Of a DNA stretch of 64,000 nt, positions 33,739 through 43,552 are shown in pieces. The stretch is from a virus. The notes under the pieces were generated by a model. That model searched no databases. It saw nothing but the letters and a program-made list of their open reading frames with translations, and was not told where the DNA came from. The first letter of the stretch is position 1. Each line of letters begins with the position of its first letter. The translations under genes and the position numbers were made by a program. Where the stretch lies: positions 64,001-128,000 of the IMG/VR virus record IMGVR_UViG_3300028423_000861, one strand, 5' to 3'.

Positions 33739-33813
33739 TGGAGCGGGCGAGGAGGGTCGAACTCCCGACCTTCTGGATGGCAACCAGACGCTCTACCACT
33801 GAGCTACACCCGC
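33739..33813 (-). tRNA. tRNA-Gly(GCC)
   Basis: canonical, U73. Confidence 0.93.
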
Positions 33814-33845
33814 ATTATAAATATTTATATAGGAGTTTTTATTTA

Positions 33846-34649
33846 ATGTTCAAATATATTACTATAATTTTGCTATTTCTGTCAACCAGTGTTTATGCTG
33901 GTGACCCAAGTATTTTACGTGTTGATGATCACCGCGGACCTTGGATGGATACAATTGACGAAGATGCAAGAGACTATGCATATCAACGTGTCAATAATCA
34001 TACATATCGTGGACCAACTGCACTTCGTTTTGAATTGCGCGATGGTGATTGCTACACTGCATATCCAGAATCGCCTTCAAGTGGCTGGGATGATTGCACC
34101 CGTGACCGTGAAAGATCTGAAGTGCGCGAGCGTTGGTCTGCACCACTAGATACTAGCATGTGGTATCAAATCAGCATGTTTATTCCTGAAGATTATGAAC
34201 CAATGTATCCCAAGCAAATCTTTTGGCAATGGCACAATGGTGACTGGGGACCAAATCTATATTTCCATTTAAACGAAAATAAATTTCATATCGACATCCT
34301 AACAAGACGTCATCAAACAACTACACAATATACCTTTGGGCGTGAGATTTTAAAATTGGGCTATTGGCATGAAATCACAGTAAATGCTGTATGGTCTGCA
34401 GATCCTGAACGTGGACGTCTGTTGGTTTTCGTAGACAACCAACTAATAGTTGAACATTTTGGACCAACGCTTGATCTAGAAACATATTTTTCAGGAACAG
34501 GACCACATGTAAAATATGGAATATACCGCAGTCACTTATACCGTTATAATGAGCCAGGCCCACATCCTACACATGTATTATTCTTTGATGAGTATCGTCG
34601 TGGATTTGATTTTGAATCAGTAGATGTTGGAAATTATCCAGGAGATTAA
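33846..34649 (+). CDS. secreted polysaccharide lyase-like protein
   Basis: signal peptide, RFELRDGD, RERSE, QWH, KYGIYR. Confidence 0.7.
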   Translation: MFKYITIILLFLSTSVYAGDPSILRVDDHRGPWMDTIDEDARDYAYQRVNNHTYRGPTALRFELRDGDCYTAYPESPSSGWDDCTRDRERSEVRERWSAPLDTSMWYQISMFIPEDYEPMYPKQIFWQWHNGDWGPNLYFHLNENKFHIDILTRRHQTTTQYTFGREILKLGYWHEITVNAVWSADPERGRLLVFVDNQLIVEHFGPTLDLETYFSGTGPHVKYGIYRSHLYRYNEPGPHPTHVLFFDEYRRGFDFESVDVGNYPGD

Positions 34650-35086
34650 TTTTTTCTTGAATCATAGAATGCTGATCGTGTTTCCCACAACCAACCACCA
34701 TAACAGTCGTGGTAAACAAATGCCTTGCTGTCTTCAATTACTAATCTTGGGTCTTCAATGTTTACAGCTAGCCTATTGAATTCATGATAACCTTCATCAC
34801 GAATTTCAGGTTTATCTTCAAAACGGGCAAGGACAGGAACACGTTCTACTTCCGTGGCTGGATCTAAAATGAACCATTCAATTCCTTTATAAACACAATT
34901 TCTTTTCTTGTGAAAAGATCCACTAAGATGAAGCCAACCTGAAGTTCTTTCATCATGAATTCTAATATCATTCTGTTCAATTTTTGCTATCTCAGTGACC
35001 GGGAATACCTTGCCATCATAACGATAAGCAAGCGCGGTTAGAATTAATAGCAACCATGGCAGGACAAAAAACAAAAAATATCTCAT
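34646..35086 (-). CDS. membrane-anchored hypothetical, paralog of 35675-36196
   Basis: shared G.F.K.RNC...I.W and A.VYH.C.G.WLW.T.S.FY.S. Confidence 0.65.
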   Translation of the reverse strand: MRYFLFFVLPWLLLILTALAYRYDGKVFPVTEIAKIEQNDIRIHDERTSGWLHLSGSFHKKRNCVYKGIEWFILDPATEVERVPVLARFEDKPEIRDEGYHEFNRLAVNIEDPRLVIEDSKAFVYHDCYGGWLWETRSAFYDSRKN

Positions 35087-35116
35087 ATGCTTATTTATAT
35101 AACTGTCAAATGATCA

Positions 35117-35204
35117 TGGCGGATAGCGGGTGAATCGAACACCACGGATTTCTCCGCGCACCGCTTTCCAGGCGGCCGTCTGCACCAGCTAGACATCACT
35201 ATCC
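35117..35204 (-). tRNA. tRNA-Ser(GGA), 8/4 fold
   Basis: GGATAGTG/CGCTATCC, 4-bp T stem. Confidence 0.82.
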
Positions 35205-35678
35205 ACAACTTTTATACCCGTGACTTTTTACAAGGTCTTTTCCTGAAAGTATGGCCCATTGATCTTCCTGTGTATCTCGCCATACTTTTTCAAACCATTC
35301 AGCAAGTGAGTCACTGTAATGACTCTTCAGGGTATATACTGCAAACAGCTTGGTAACATAAAGTTCTGGCACTTTTGAATCTTTTGCTTTTCTCGGTGCG
35401 TGAAAATAAAAATCAACACCAGGATCCACACACTCTGCAACCTTCAAATACATCGTGCAGGCACTATAACATGTCTGATCTAAAATAATGGTTTCGTTGT
35501 TTTCCTGCATTTTTGATATATTTGCACGGTGTGAATAAATTTCACCACCAAACCAAGAAAATTTTGCCGGATCAACCATGATATCGGATCCCGAATAAAT
35601 CATAAACATCGTTGTAAGAAAGGTTATTGCTGGCGAAGCAGCCAGAGCCAATAACACTATTCTTAAAATTTTAATCAC
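35199..35678 (-). CDS. membrane-anchored ClpP/crotonase-like protein
   Basis: GG, CYSACT, FH; resembles 15058-15786. Confidence 0.5.
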   Translation of the reverse strand: MIKILRIVLLALAASPAITFLTTMFMIYSGSDIMVDPAKFSWFGGEIYSHRANISKMQENNETIILDQTCYSACTMYLKVAECVDPGVDFYFHAPRKAKDSKVPELYVTKLFAVYTLKSHYSDSLAEWFEKVWRDTQEDQWAILSGKDLVKSHGYKSCG

Positions 35679-36196
35679 GGGTGTGGATTCCTGGTTTTCT
35701 TTAACCTCGTTTTTTGTATCTCACTGCTATAAAACAGGCTCTTCGTTTTCCACAGCCATTCCCCATGGCATTTGTGATACACATATGCGTAACTTTCAGT
35801 TACAATTAAATCTGGACTTAACCTTACTCTTAAGTAACTAGATTTTTGGTGGCCTGGTTCACGTACAATTGGCATTTTTTCTTTTAAAGATGGATCTGGA
35901 CCAAGTAAAACCGGAACATTTACTGAATCAAGTTTTGAAAAAGATCTGCGCGTTCCATAATACCATCTTATTTCTTCTAATGAACAATTCCTGAGCTTAT
36001 CAAACTCACCTACAACTCTTGTCCAATCGTCAGTTCGATCTAGTCGCATCGACGTTATTTCTGGAGGTGTGACTACAGGATTTAATCTACCATCAAGCAA
36101 TGCATATAGCATGGTTCCGATAGTTAATGACCAGACCAAAATGCCAAGATAGATAGCATTTTTGAATCTGTTCAATTTTTTTTCATTCCATGCCAT
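35675..36196 (-). CDS. membrane-anchored hypothetical, paralog of 34646-35086
   Basis: motifs shared with 34646-35086. Confidence 0.65.
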   Translation of the reverse strand: MAWNEKKLNRFKNAIYLGILVWSLTIGTMLYALLDGRLNPVVTPPEITSMRLDRTDDWTRVVGEFDKLRNCSLEEIRWYYGTRRSFSKLDSVNVPVLLGPDPSLKEKMPIVREPGHQKSSYLRVRLSPDLIVTESYAYVYHKCHGEWLWKTKSLFYSSEIQKTRLKKTRNPHP

Positions 36197-36304
36197 GACA
36201 ATCTCCTTAATGAATATTTATTCATACTGGAGATTTTTTTATGTAGCATGTTAATAAAATTGTTACCCCTGATCGTATTCAAACCGACACTGGAAAAGTA
36301 ACTT

Positions 36305-36387
36305 TGGTGGGCACGGCGGGACTCGAACCCGCAAGCCGAAGCAGAAGATTTTAAGTCTCCCGTGTATACCAATTCCACCACGTGCCC
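36305..36387 (-). tRNA. tRNA-Leu(UAA)
   Basis: loop CTTAAAA. Confidence 0.92.
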
Positions 36388-36835
36388 AAATTTCTAAATT
36401 ATGTTATTTCGTCAAAGTCTACGCTTCATAAAATATCCCATACTGGTTATGCCAGCAAGATATGCCCTAAACAGTGCTTCTTCGGCATCGGTTTTTAATA
36501 GTTCAGCAAGTTCGTCTTGATTCTCGCGGAACCAGGCCTTCCAAGTTGTGTCGTCGTCAGTCATGTGTCGGATATACCCTTGTTATTTTCCAGTCACTGA
36601 ATTCGTGATATAAGTTGTGCTTAGATTTACACTGCTTCAATACTACTAGTATAGACTCAAAATCTTCTCCGGACAATATTGCCGGCACTTCGCGGCAATC
36701 CTGATAATGCAACATTTGAAAATGTCTTCCATCATCAGTATGAAAATTGATCACTGTTCGATCAATATTAAAATTAACATCTTCCAATGTCATGCCAATT
36801 AAATCAGAAACATGTGTCATTTTTTCACTTTAATT

Positions 36836-36922
36836 TGGTGCTAGCTGAAGGATTCGAACCTTCGACGGGCAATCGCCAACGGCTTACAAGACCGTTCCCT
36901 TCGTCCACTCGGGCAAGCTAGC
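36836..36922 (-). tRNA. tRNA-Thr(UGU), long V-arm
   Basis: ACGGT-CTTGTAA-GCCGT. Confidence 0.85.
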
Positions 36923-36939
36923 ATATATATTCAAACAGT

Positions 36940-37025
36940 ATTTACGACGGGACTCGAACCCGCACCTCCGGATTTCCAAAACGCTGCAATGCTGTTCCGG
37001 TGAACTACCACTTATTCTACGCGCC
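36940..37025 (-). pseudogene. tRNA relic with expanded anticodon loop
   Basis: D- and T-arms present, 3' acceptor strand lost. Confidence 0.55.
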
Positions 37026-37261
37026 TACTGCTCGGTCCGCTCCTACGTCAAGTTCTTATAGCATCGTCTCCCTGTAGTGTCAACACTTCTGATCAGTTTT
37101 CACTTCGCTTTCGCATTGTGCCTGTCTGGCCCTTCCCCAGCTCACGGTTTTTATAGCTTTGCAACGTGTTACACAATGTTTCCGCTCCGTTTCCACATCA
37201 CCTCCGTGATGTCTTACAGTTTGGCTCAACTATCGCCCCGTGACGCGGTGGCTTGCGATTC

Positions 37262-37348
37262 TGGTGCTAACTGAAGGATTTGAACCTTCGATGGGCTTGT
37301 GCCAACGGCTTACGAAACCGTTCCCTTCGTCCGCTCGGGCAAGCTAGC
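37262..37348 (-). tRNA. tRNA-Thr(CGU), long V-arm, duplicate of 36836-36922
   Basis: near-identical body, loop TTCGTAA. Confidence 0.85.
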
Positions 37349-37354
37349 AATTTT

Positions 37355-37430
37355 TGGTGGAACCCCGCGGAATCGAACCGCAGTCTCCTGGGCTTCAACC
37401 AGGCGTGAGCACCAGCCTCACCAGAGTTCC
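37355..37430 (-). tRNA. tRNA-Phe(GAA)
   Basis: CCTGG-TTGAAGC-CCAGG. Confidence 0.88.
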
Positions 37431-37801
37431 AATTGTTCAAAATCTAGGTTCTCAACTATCAAGAACCTTTTATCTGTATGTTGATTGATAACAGCATTCA
37501 TTTTCTGTCTGTCATTACCCCCTGTCGCTCTACCAGTGATCTACAGAAGCGTTATTCTTACTCGCCTGGATCCTGGTCTCCTGGAAAATCCCAAGAAGGC
37601 AAATCTCCGATTTCTTTTAGTGTAACCGTTGCTTCATGAAGATCAATTACTTCAATTCCTGACTCATTATCAAAAATATCCGGACGATCTCGTCTTGCTG
37701 AACGTTCTGCATGTGCAGGATTTTCTGCAACAATTACAAACTGTTGATCATAATAATTTTCGGTTTGAACTAAAAATATTTTCATCTTACACCTAAAATC
37801 T

Positions 37802-37877
37802 TGGTGGCCTATCATGGACTCGAACCATGTAACCCTTCCTTATGAGAGAAGTGCGTGAACCCTTTCGCCTATAGGCC
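37802..37877 (-). tRNA. tRNA-CAU (Met or Ile2)
   Basis: loop CTCATAA. Confidence 0.85.
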
Positions 37878-38053
37878 GTAAATCTTTACTATCAAAAATA
37901 CCTTTTCGTATCTTGTTTATTTCTTCTTCAGTAATAATGCAGATATTGTCCTTTACAGTAATCCATTTAGCAATATCTCGTTCTTGTATATAACCTTTTA
38001 CTTCAACATACATTCCATTTGTTATAGAATGACATATTTTGTCATAATGTCAA

Positions 38054-38127
38054 TGGTGGAGCACCGGGGAATCGAACCCCGTGACGCCGATCTTGCAAGG
38101 ATCAGCCGTGACCCATCAACGTGCCCC
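38054..38127 (-). tRNA. tRNA-Ala(UGC)
   Basis: G3:U70, loop CTTGCAA. Confidence 0.88.
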
Positions 38128-38342
38128 AAAAATCTTGTTAGGCAGTTTAACAACAACAATTCTGAATGCCTAGGTTGGGCGTGTTAAGAGCTCGTCCCCT
38201 TCTCACATACAGTATTTAACGTTTCGCTTTCAACGTTTGGGGATGCATGTTCACCCGCTGCCTATTTCTGCCCGCCTGGGATTCGAACCCATATTCATTT
38301 TTTCTAAGGCGCAGACCACGCTACCGGCCAGCAGATTAACTT

Positions 38343-38462
38343 TGGTGGGCTGTCCAGGATTCGAACCCGTTTTCTAAAGACTCACGCTATTCCACTCATT
38401 GACTACGGGGTGTGTAGTATGTTGGACGTGTAGCAGCATAACCAATACCACAAAAACAGCCC
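38343..38462 (-). ncRNA. 120-nt tRNA-like RNA (acceptor stem and T-arm, novel body)
   Basis: GGGCTGT/ACAGCCC-ACCA, GGTTCGAATCC. Confidence 0.6.
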
Positions 38463-39020
38463 GAAAAAATTTGATACTATCGCTTGCCTTACCGGTGTAT
38501 CAAACCGGCGCCAGTTTAAGGTACGGCGCTGCATACCACGTGCCTTTTCTCACGCTATCGTGGAGTTACCTATCAGTTAGTTGTATAGTTTATGAACCAT
38601 TTCTAACAATTCTTGGTTATCATCTATACATCCGGTATAAATTTCATCAACCTCACAGTCTGTGCAATCAAGACTGTCGATAATAAACTGTGCTGGAATT
38701 TTGCGATCATTACAAAACTCTTCGAATTCCGCAGTAGCAAGTTCGCCACCACTATCACTCACAACAACCAATTTTTTATTATCAACATCAAAAACGTTTG
38801 TTATGGTTCCTGATTCACAGTATTCATCTACATCTGGTTCCATGCAGATAGATTCAAATTGTTTGACCCATTCATTGAGTTGTTCATCATTCATGACAGC
38901 AACAACACTATCGCAACATTCAAGCAGCGATTCGGCTGTGCTATAATCATCAAAAACAAAATATTTAGAATAGCTTGGTTGGATTTTCATTCTATTACCA
39001 TGTTAAGTTAAAATTAATTT

Positions 39021-39088
39021 TGGCAGGGGGTAAAGGAGTCGAACCTTTTATGTTCTGATTTGGACCCAGCCCATTTGACAACCCCCCT
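39021..39088 (-). tRNA. tRNA-Trp(CCA), 68 nt, truncated D-arm
   Basis: AGGGGG/CCCCCT-GCCA, loop GTCCAAA. Confidence 0.65.
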
Positions 39089-39094
39089 ATATTC

Positions 39095-39168
39095 TGGCGA
39101 CCCATGGGAGAATCGAACTCCCGACCTCGGATAGACAATCCGGTATGATACCACTTCATCAATGGGCC
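39095..39168 (-). tRNA. tRNA-Asp(GUC)
   Basis: loop TTGTCTA, G73. Confidence 0.88.
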
Positions 39169-39174
39169 ATAATC

Positions 39175-39250
39175 TGGTCCTGCGCTGAGGAATCGAACCT
39201 CATCCTCCCGGGCCACAACCGAGCGTGACAACCTTTTTCACCTACGCAGG
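39175..39250 (-). tRNA. tRNA-His(GUG), A73, no G-1
   Basis: loop TTGTGGC. Confidence 0.88.
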
Positions 39251-39408
39251 ATATTCGTATAACCTGAAGACATCTGGATATTTTTTTATCCTCTCACTCG
39301 TCATTTAATAAAACATGCTTCTTTGAAAGGTGGACTCCATCATCAAGATAATTTACAATATCTTACCGCTACTGAAAACAGAGCCAAAGGTGATAAATTA
39401 ATTTAGCT

Positions 39409-39484
39409 TGGCGGTTTTATCTTGACTTGAACAAGAAACTCTGGTTTAGGAGACCAGTGTGATATCCAGTTTCACCATAAAACC
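39409..39484 (-). tRNA. tRNA-Arg(CCU)
   Basis: CTGGT-CTCCTAA-ACCAG. Confidence 0.85.
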
Positions 39485-39659
39485 AATCCAGTCGGACAGG
39501 ACATTTATTCTCGTGGTTCTTGTGGTGCTGTCCACTACCACCATCGGCTCCTGATACTTTTTACGGAGGTTGTGTCCCTCGGACAAATTTAACCACGGCG
39601 ATCTTTTAAAGTTGAGTATTTTATACTACAAATCTCTAAACGTAGATCGCACAACGTAT

Positions 39660-39734
39660 TGGCGCCCCTAGTAGGATTCGAACCCACAACACACGGTTTC
39701 GAAGACCGTTGCTCTTCCGTTGAGCTATAGAGGC
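39660..39734 (-). tRNA. tRNA-Arg(UCG)
   Basis: ACGGT-CTTCGAA-ACCGT. Confidence 0.9.
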
Positions 39735-39765
39735 ATATATGGACCTCCGGGTTGGGTTCGAACCT

Positions 39766-40476
39766 TTAAAAGTTGGATGCGCGACTAGGACTCGAACCTA
39801 GATTAGCTGGCTCAGAACCAGTTTTCCTACCATTAGAAGACCGCGCAGCATTTGTTTTGCAATTATCAAAATGCCATCTTTTCATGTTATTCGGAGACCC
39901 TTCTTTCTCGCAATGCGGACATGTTATCTTAGGTTTAGGCTTTCCTTTTGGCCAGCCACCTTCATTGGAATTAAGGGCATAATATTCTTTCATCACTTTA
40001 GAATGATTTTGTTTATATTTTTCGCTCTTCTCTCTTCCTTTAAGAGCTGCAGAACGCTTCTTTCTTTCTACATCAGGCATAGGGCCGATTAACTTACCTT
40101 TATTCCAAGGAGTGCGACTAGATGTCGCTATACCAATTTTTTCTTTTGCCTCTGGTGAATGTTGTCTTCCGAGAAACGCCGTTTTTGCTTTAACCGGATC
40201 CCAACCGCCATTGCCACCAACACAAAGGTTGTAATTGGTTTCTTGCAGCACAAATTCTTCAGTTACTAATTCAGCTTCTTTAGCATTCATGTCATCTTCA
40301 TTATCAAATATGTGTAGTATTTCCTTTTGAAAATTCTCTATACCATATTTGTTAATTGCGCGTTGAATCAATAATCCTGATCCTAAATATCCGTCATCTA
40401 AATTTGAAGTTTTATGCTTACCAATATAAATCATATTGGTAATTTGGTTAGTAATTTTATAAACAGTGTGAAACAT
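39766..40476 (-). CDS. GIY-YIG (Seg-like) homing endonuclease
   Basis: VYKITN...IYIGKH...DDGYLGSG, YNL..GG.GG, C-terminal CPHC...WHFDNCK. Confidence 0.9.
   Translation of the reverse strand: MFHTVYKITNQITNMIYIGKHKTSNLDDGYLGSGLLIQRAINKYGIENFQKEILHIFDNEDDMNAKEAELVTEEFVLQETNYNLCVGGNGGWDPVKAKTAFLGRQHSPEAKEKIGIATSSRTPWNKGKLIGPMPDVERKKRSAALKGREKSEKYKQNHSKVMKEYYALNSNEGGWPKGKPKPKITCPHCEKEGSPNNMKRWHFDNCKTNAARSSNGRKTGSEPANLGSSPSRASNF
39774..39847 (-). tRNA. tRNA-Gln(CUG), inside the 3' end of the endonuclease ORF
   Basis: loop TTCTGAG, TCCA. Confidence 0.88.
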
Positions 40477-40525
40477 ATTCTTATTTATCAGACGTCCAAC
40501 CAATTAGACCGCCGGAGGATTATTC

Positions 40526-40600
40526 TGGTGCTCCCAAGAGGAATCGAACCTCTAACTGATCCGTACCAAGGATCTGTGTTCCCGTTATCACCATAGGAGC
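40526..40600 (-). tRNA. tRNA-Thr(GGU)
   Basis: GATCC-TTGGTAC-GGATC. Confidence 0.9.
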
Positions 40601-40602
40601 AA

Positions 40603-40685
40603 TGGAGCGGATAGGCGGAATCGAACCGCTTGCTCACAGCTTGGAAGGCTGCTGATAACACCAGTTACCATGAAGCTCTACCCGC
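40603..40685 (-). tRNA. tRNA-Gly(UCC), altered D region
   Basis: loop CTTCCAA, U73. Confidence 0.8.
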
Positions 40686-41476
40686 TCAGTTATAAATGTA
40701 GACAATACGAGATGTATAACCAAACTCATTGTCTAGTATTCTTTGCATGAGTTCTGCTTTTTGTGTTGCAGCTTGCTCTGTTCTAGCATCAACATAATCT
40801 CGCCCTAGCGAGAAGCTCTTAAGCAGCCTCTGACGTAATTTAGTTAGTATTTGATCACTGTAACTACGACGGACTTCATATCTTATACGATACTTTTCGT
40901 TCTCGCCCTGTGCGTATATAATAAAATCTGTATCTGCTGTAACAACCATGATTATCTGCTTACATAAAAGCCCGCACCGCCCCAGGATGTGCCACTAACT
41001 TTACCGTAAAATACTCGAACACCATCGCTGGTCATGAAAGAATGACTGTCTGTGACGTCTATTTGTCCATCCGTATATACGCTTATTGTTTCTTCAAAAT
41101 CACTGATAATATCACGACGTGTGCTGAGATCAATATCTGATCCGATCTTGAGAAAAGCAATATAACGACGATCGAATTGTCCTTGAGGAATGTCGATATT
41201 GTATTCTGGTTCGATCATGCTATAGCTACGAGCGATGAATTTTCCAGTATCCGGGCCACTTGGACGTTCTTTATAGCCGGCTCCAGCTTCGCTTTCCCAA
41301 GTTCGAGCAACGTCCGCCGTTACTCTCATTAAACGACTTTCAAGACTGTCAAAGTTCATGTCGATTTCTTGTATATTATTCACAGCCTCAATCAATGACA
41401 TGATCTCTCTCATCTCTCGCCCATCTGACATTATCAATACTCCTACATTATCAGTATTTATATGTCAACATAATAA

Positions 41477-41551
41477 TGGAGGACCGTCTGGGGTTCGAAC
41501 CCAGGACACGAGGATTAAAAGTCCCCTGCTCTACCACTGAGCTAACGGTCC
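41477..41551 (-). tRNA. tRNA-Lys(UUU)
   Basis: loop CTTTTAA. Confidence 0.92.
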
Positions 41552-41569
41552 ACCGTTGTTTCATGATAT

Positions 41570-41647
41570 TGGTAGACCGGGTGGGGTTCGAACCCACGTT
41601 GACAGGGATTAAGAGTCCCTCGCTAAACCAAACTCAGCTACCGGTCC
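41570..41647 (-). tRNA. tRNA-Lys(CUU)
   Basis: loop CTCTTAA. Confidence 0.92.
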
Positions 41648-41667
41648 ACGAATATCACGAAAGTATA

Positions 41668-41755
41668 TGGAGGACCGGGTGGGATTCGAACCCACGATGG
41701 GCTTGCGCCACTGGATTAAAAGTCCAGTCTCTTCGACCGCTCGAGTCACCGGTCC
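41668..41755 (-). tRNA. tRNA-Lys(UUU), long V-arm
   Basis: CTGGA-CTTTTAA-TCCAG, V-arm TGGCGCAAGCCCAT. Confidence 0.87.
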
Positions 41756-41812
41756 AGGTGAAATGCAACTATATTGTCATCCCATCCTGGACCGCTGCGT
41801 TGTCCAGGACAG

Positions 41813-41839
41813 TTAGGTTTTCTTGGCCTTGCGTTTCAT
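41813..41839 (-). CDS. Lys-rich leader peptide MKRKAKKT upstream of three tRNA-Lys genes
   Basis: AAGGA RBS, ATG AAA CGC AAG GCC AAG AAA ACC TAA, hairpin 41782-41812 follows. Confidence 0.6.
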   Translation of the reverse strand: MKRKAKKT

Positions 41840-41861
41840 TGCTCTGTCCTTTCTGTTTCAA

Positions 41862-42578
41862 TTAGAGCTGAACCTTACTGGTTCGATTAATCATAAAAGC
41901 GGCTTCGCCGTTTTCTTCAAGTAGTTTGCCCATGTCTTCAAATGTGATATAGCAATCTCCATCTATACCCCATGTTCGACCCCATGAATTGCGCAATGTA
42001 AAGTATCCTTTCTTTACATTCACCGCGCGGGCCAGGAGTGCATGGCCTCCCATAATACTTCCAGATGGTTGGATAAATCCATTTTCATCTGGCTTATACA
42101 TTCCTTCATACCATCTAACACCCAACACTGCTGGACCGTTGTAACCTACACCCAAAACTAGATCTTCAAGTCCAAATGCCCAGCGATATGATTTAAAGAA
42201 CCCAATCTTTTTCATAACTTTGATCCCAGCCAGAACACTTGTTCCTTCATACTGTGGATCTCCGCCTGGATAAACGCCACCTGGCCACGGGTCTATTTTT
42301 TGAGCTTCATGGTATACATTTTCAACCAAATAGTCAAATGTTAAACCTTTAAATTCAGCTGGTCTTGACGCTGCCTCATGTCCAAGTGCAAATCCAACAC
42401 ATGCGCCCTCGCGGCCTTGGTCAAACCATTCATTGCAACGCCAGGTATATGATCTTGGAAACTTATCAGAAACAAGTTCACTAATTGGATATTCACGGCT
42501 TCTTTCATCGAAGTTTTCTAGTCTTGTCAGTCGTGAATCCTGTGTTACGGTGCCATTTTTTAATTTTACGGATGTCAT
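41862..42578 (-). CDS. papain-like (C1A) cysteine peptidase
   Basis: DQGREGACVGFA, GGHA, RNSWG..WG..G. Confidence 0.9.
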   Translation of the reverse strand: MTSVKLKNGTVTQDSRLTRLENFDERSREYPISELVSDKFPRSYTWRCNEWFDQGREGACVGFALGHEAASRPAEFKGLTFDYLVENVYHEAQKIDPWPGGVYPGGDPQYEGTSVLAGIKVMKKIGFFKSYRWAFGLEDLVLGVGYNGPAVLGVRWYEGMYKPDENGFIQPSGSIMGGHALLARAVNVKKGYFTLRNSWGRTWGIDGDCYITFEDMGKLLEENGEAAFMINRTSKVQL

Positions 42579-42606
42579 ATCAAATCTCCCTTTACGGAGA
42601 TATTTA

Positions 42607-42682
42607 TGGTCAGGGTGGAGGGTCTCGAACCCCCGTTCTCCTGGCTCCAAACCAGGCGACTTACCAACTAGCCCACACCCTG
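42607..42682 (-). tRNA. tRNA-Pro(UGG)
   Basis: loop TTTGGAG. Confidence 0.9.
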
Positions 42683-42688
42683 AAAAAC

Positions 42689-42743
42689 TGGAGCAAAGAT
42701 TCGGACTGTTTACCGCCAGACAATTCTGATTAATACTCTTTGC
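42689..42743 (-). ncRNA. 55-nt minihelix ending in UCCA
   Basis: GCAAAGA/TCTTTGC-TCCA. Confidence 0.45.
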
Positions 42744-42766
42744 CAATATTATCTGGATATTATATT

Positions 42767-42843
42767 TGGTAGGCGGTGGCGGAATTGAACCCCAAACCGA
42801 CGCGATCTTGTAAGGATCGCCGACTACACCATAGCTGCCGCCT
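42767..42843 (-). tRNA. tRNA-Val(UAC), atypical
   Basis: GCGATC-CTTACAA-GATCGC. Confidence 0.75.
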
Positions 42844-42852
42844 ATAAAAACT

Positions 42853-42928
42853 TGGTCTGGATGGCTGGATTCGAACCAGCGTTCAATCCTTCCGAGGGAT
42901 TGCGATGCGTCCACTCTCTTACACCCAG
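42853..42928 (-). tRNA. tRNA-Pro(CGG)
   Basis: AATCC-CTCGGAA-GGATT. Confidence 0.82.
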
Positions 42929-42933
42929 TAATA

Positions 42934-43010
42934 TGGTGGGCCTCCTTGGATTCGAACCAAGACTCTCAACCGTTATGAGCGGCGCGTGTTAACCGTTACA
43001 CCAGAAGCCC
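42934..43010 (-). tRNA. tRNA-CAU (probably Ile2)
   Basis: GGGCTT acceptor, loop CTCATAA. Confidence 0.85.
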
Positions 43011-43024
43011 GAAAACATTCATAT

Positions 43025-43099
43025 TGGATCTCCCTGCTGGATTCGAACCCGCAACTCCGGAACCAAACTCCGACGTCCTGCCAATTAGACCAAGGGAGA
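43025..43099 (-). tRNA. tRNA-Gln(UUG)
   Basis: loop GTTTGGT. Confidence 0.85.
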
Positions 43100-43193
43100 A
43101 CAAATTATTAACATAGCTAGCCCCTCCACTCCTTCCGGCACCCCGTGTGCGCTGCTATGTTGAACGACTTTCTCGTTCTTAACCACGGATCTT

Positions 43194-43281
43194 TGGTTGG
43201 GGAGGTGGGATTCGAACCCACTCACCGTTTCCGGAACGGGGTTACAGCCCGCCGCAGCTCTCCAAACTCTACCGCTCCCCA
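43194..43281 (-). tRNA. tRNA-Tyr(GUA)
   Basis: loop CTGTAAC, long V-arm. Confidence 0.88.
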
Positions 43282-43303
43282 ATGAAACTTTATATTTGAC
43301 TTT

Positions 43304-43383
43304 TGGTGGAGATAGGGAAGGCGTGTAGTCTCTCCTAGGCGGCCCCAACTGGCCCCGCAGTTATACACTCTGCGCATATCCCC
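43304..43383 (-). ncRNA. tRNA mimic with Ala-type acceptor stem
   Basis: GGGGATA/TATCTCC-ACCA with G3:U70, three non-canonical arms. Confidence 0.65.
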
Positions 43384-43393
43384 ATACTTGATT

Positions 43394-43470
43394 TGGTATC
43401 CGAGGTGAGATTCGAACTCACACTGTATAGGTTCTAAGCCTACTGCCTCTGCCAGTTGGGCTACTCGGAC
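43394..43470 (-). tRNA. tRNA-Leu(UAG), short V-arm
   Basis: GTAGG-CTTAGAA-CCTAT. Confidence 0.88.
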
Positions 43471-43476
43471 ACATAT

Positions 43477-43552
43477 TGGTAGCGGGTGCCGGATTCGAAC
43501 CGACGACCTAGTGGTTATGAGCCACTCGAGCTGCCCACTGCTCCAACCCGCA
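43477..43552 (-). tRNA. tRNA-Met(CAU), initiator-like
   Basis: 1:72 mismatch, GCGGG acceptor. Confidence 0.88.

Larger units (their letters stand above)
39740..40518 (-). mobile_element. tRNA gene split by an endonuclease + tRNA-Gln cassette (5' half 40488-40518, 3' half 39740-39764)
   Basis: CCTCCGG plus D-arm upstream and T-loop plus CCGGAGG-TCCA downstream have complementary acceptor strands. Confidence 0.8.

Noticed and set aside
33738-33845. N-terminal extensions of ORFs 33738, 30911, 40503 and 42914
   Set aside because: They run through tRNA genes; downstream ATGs were used as starts
43110-43162. SRP RNA-like hairpin with CCGGAAGG
   Set aside because: Lacks the CAGG/AGCAG internal loop of SRP domain IV
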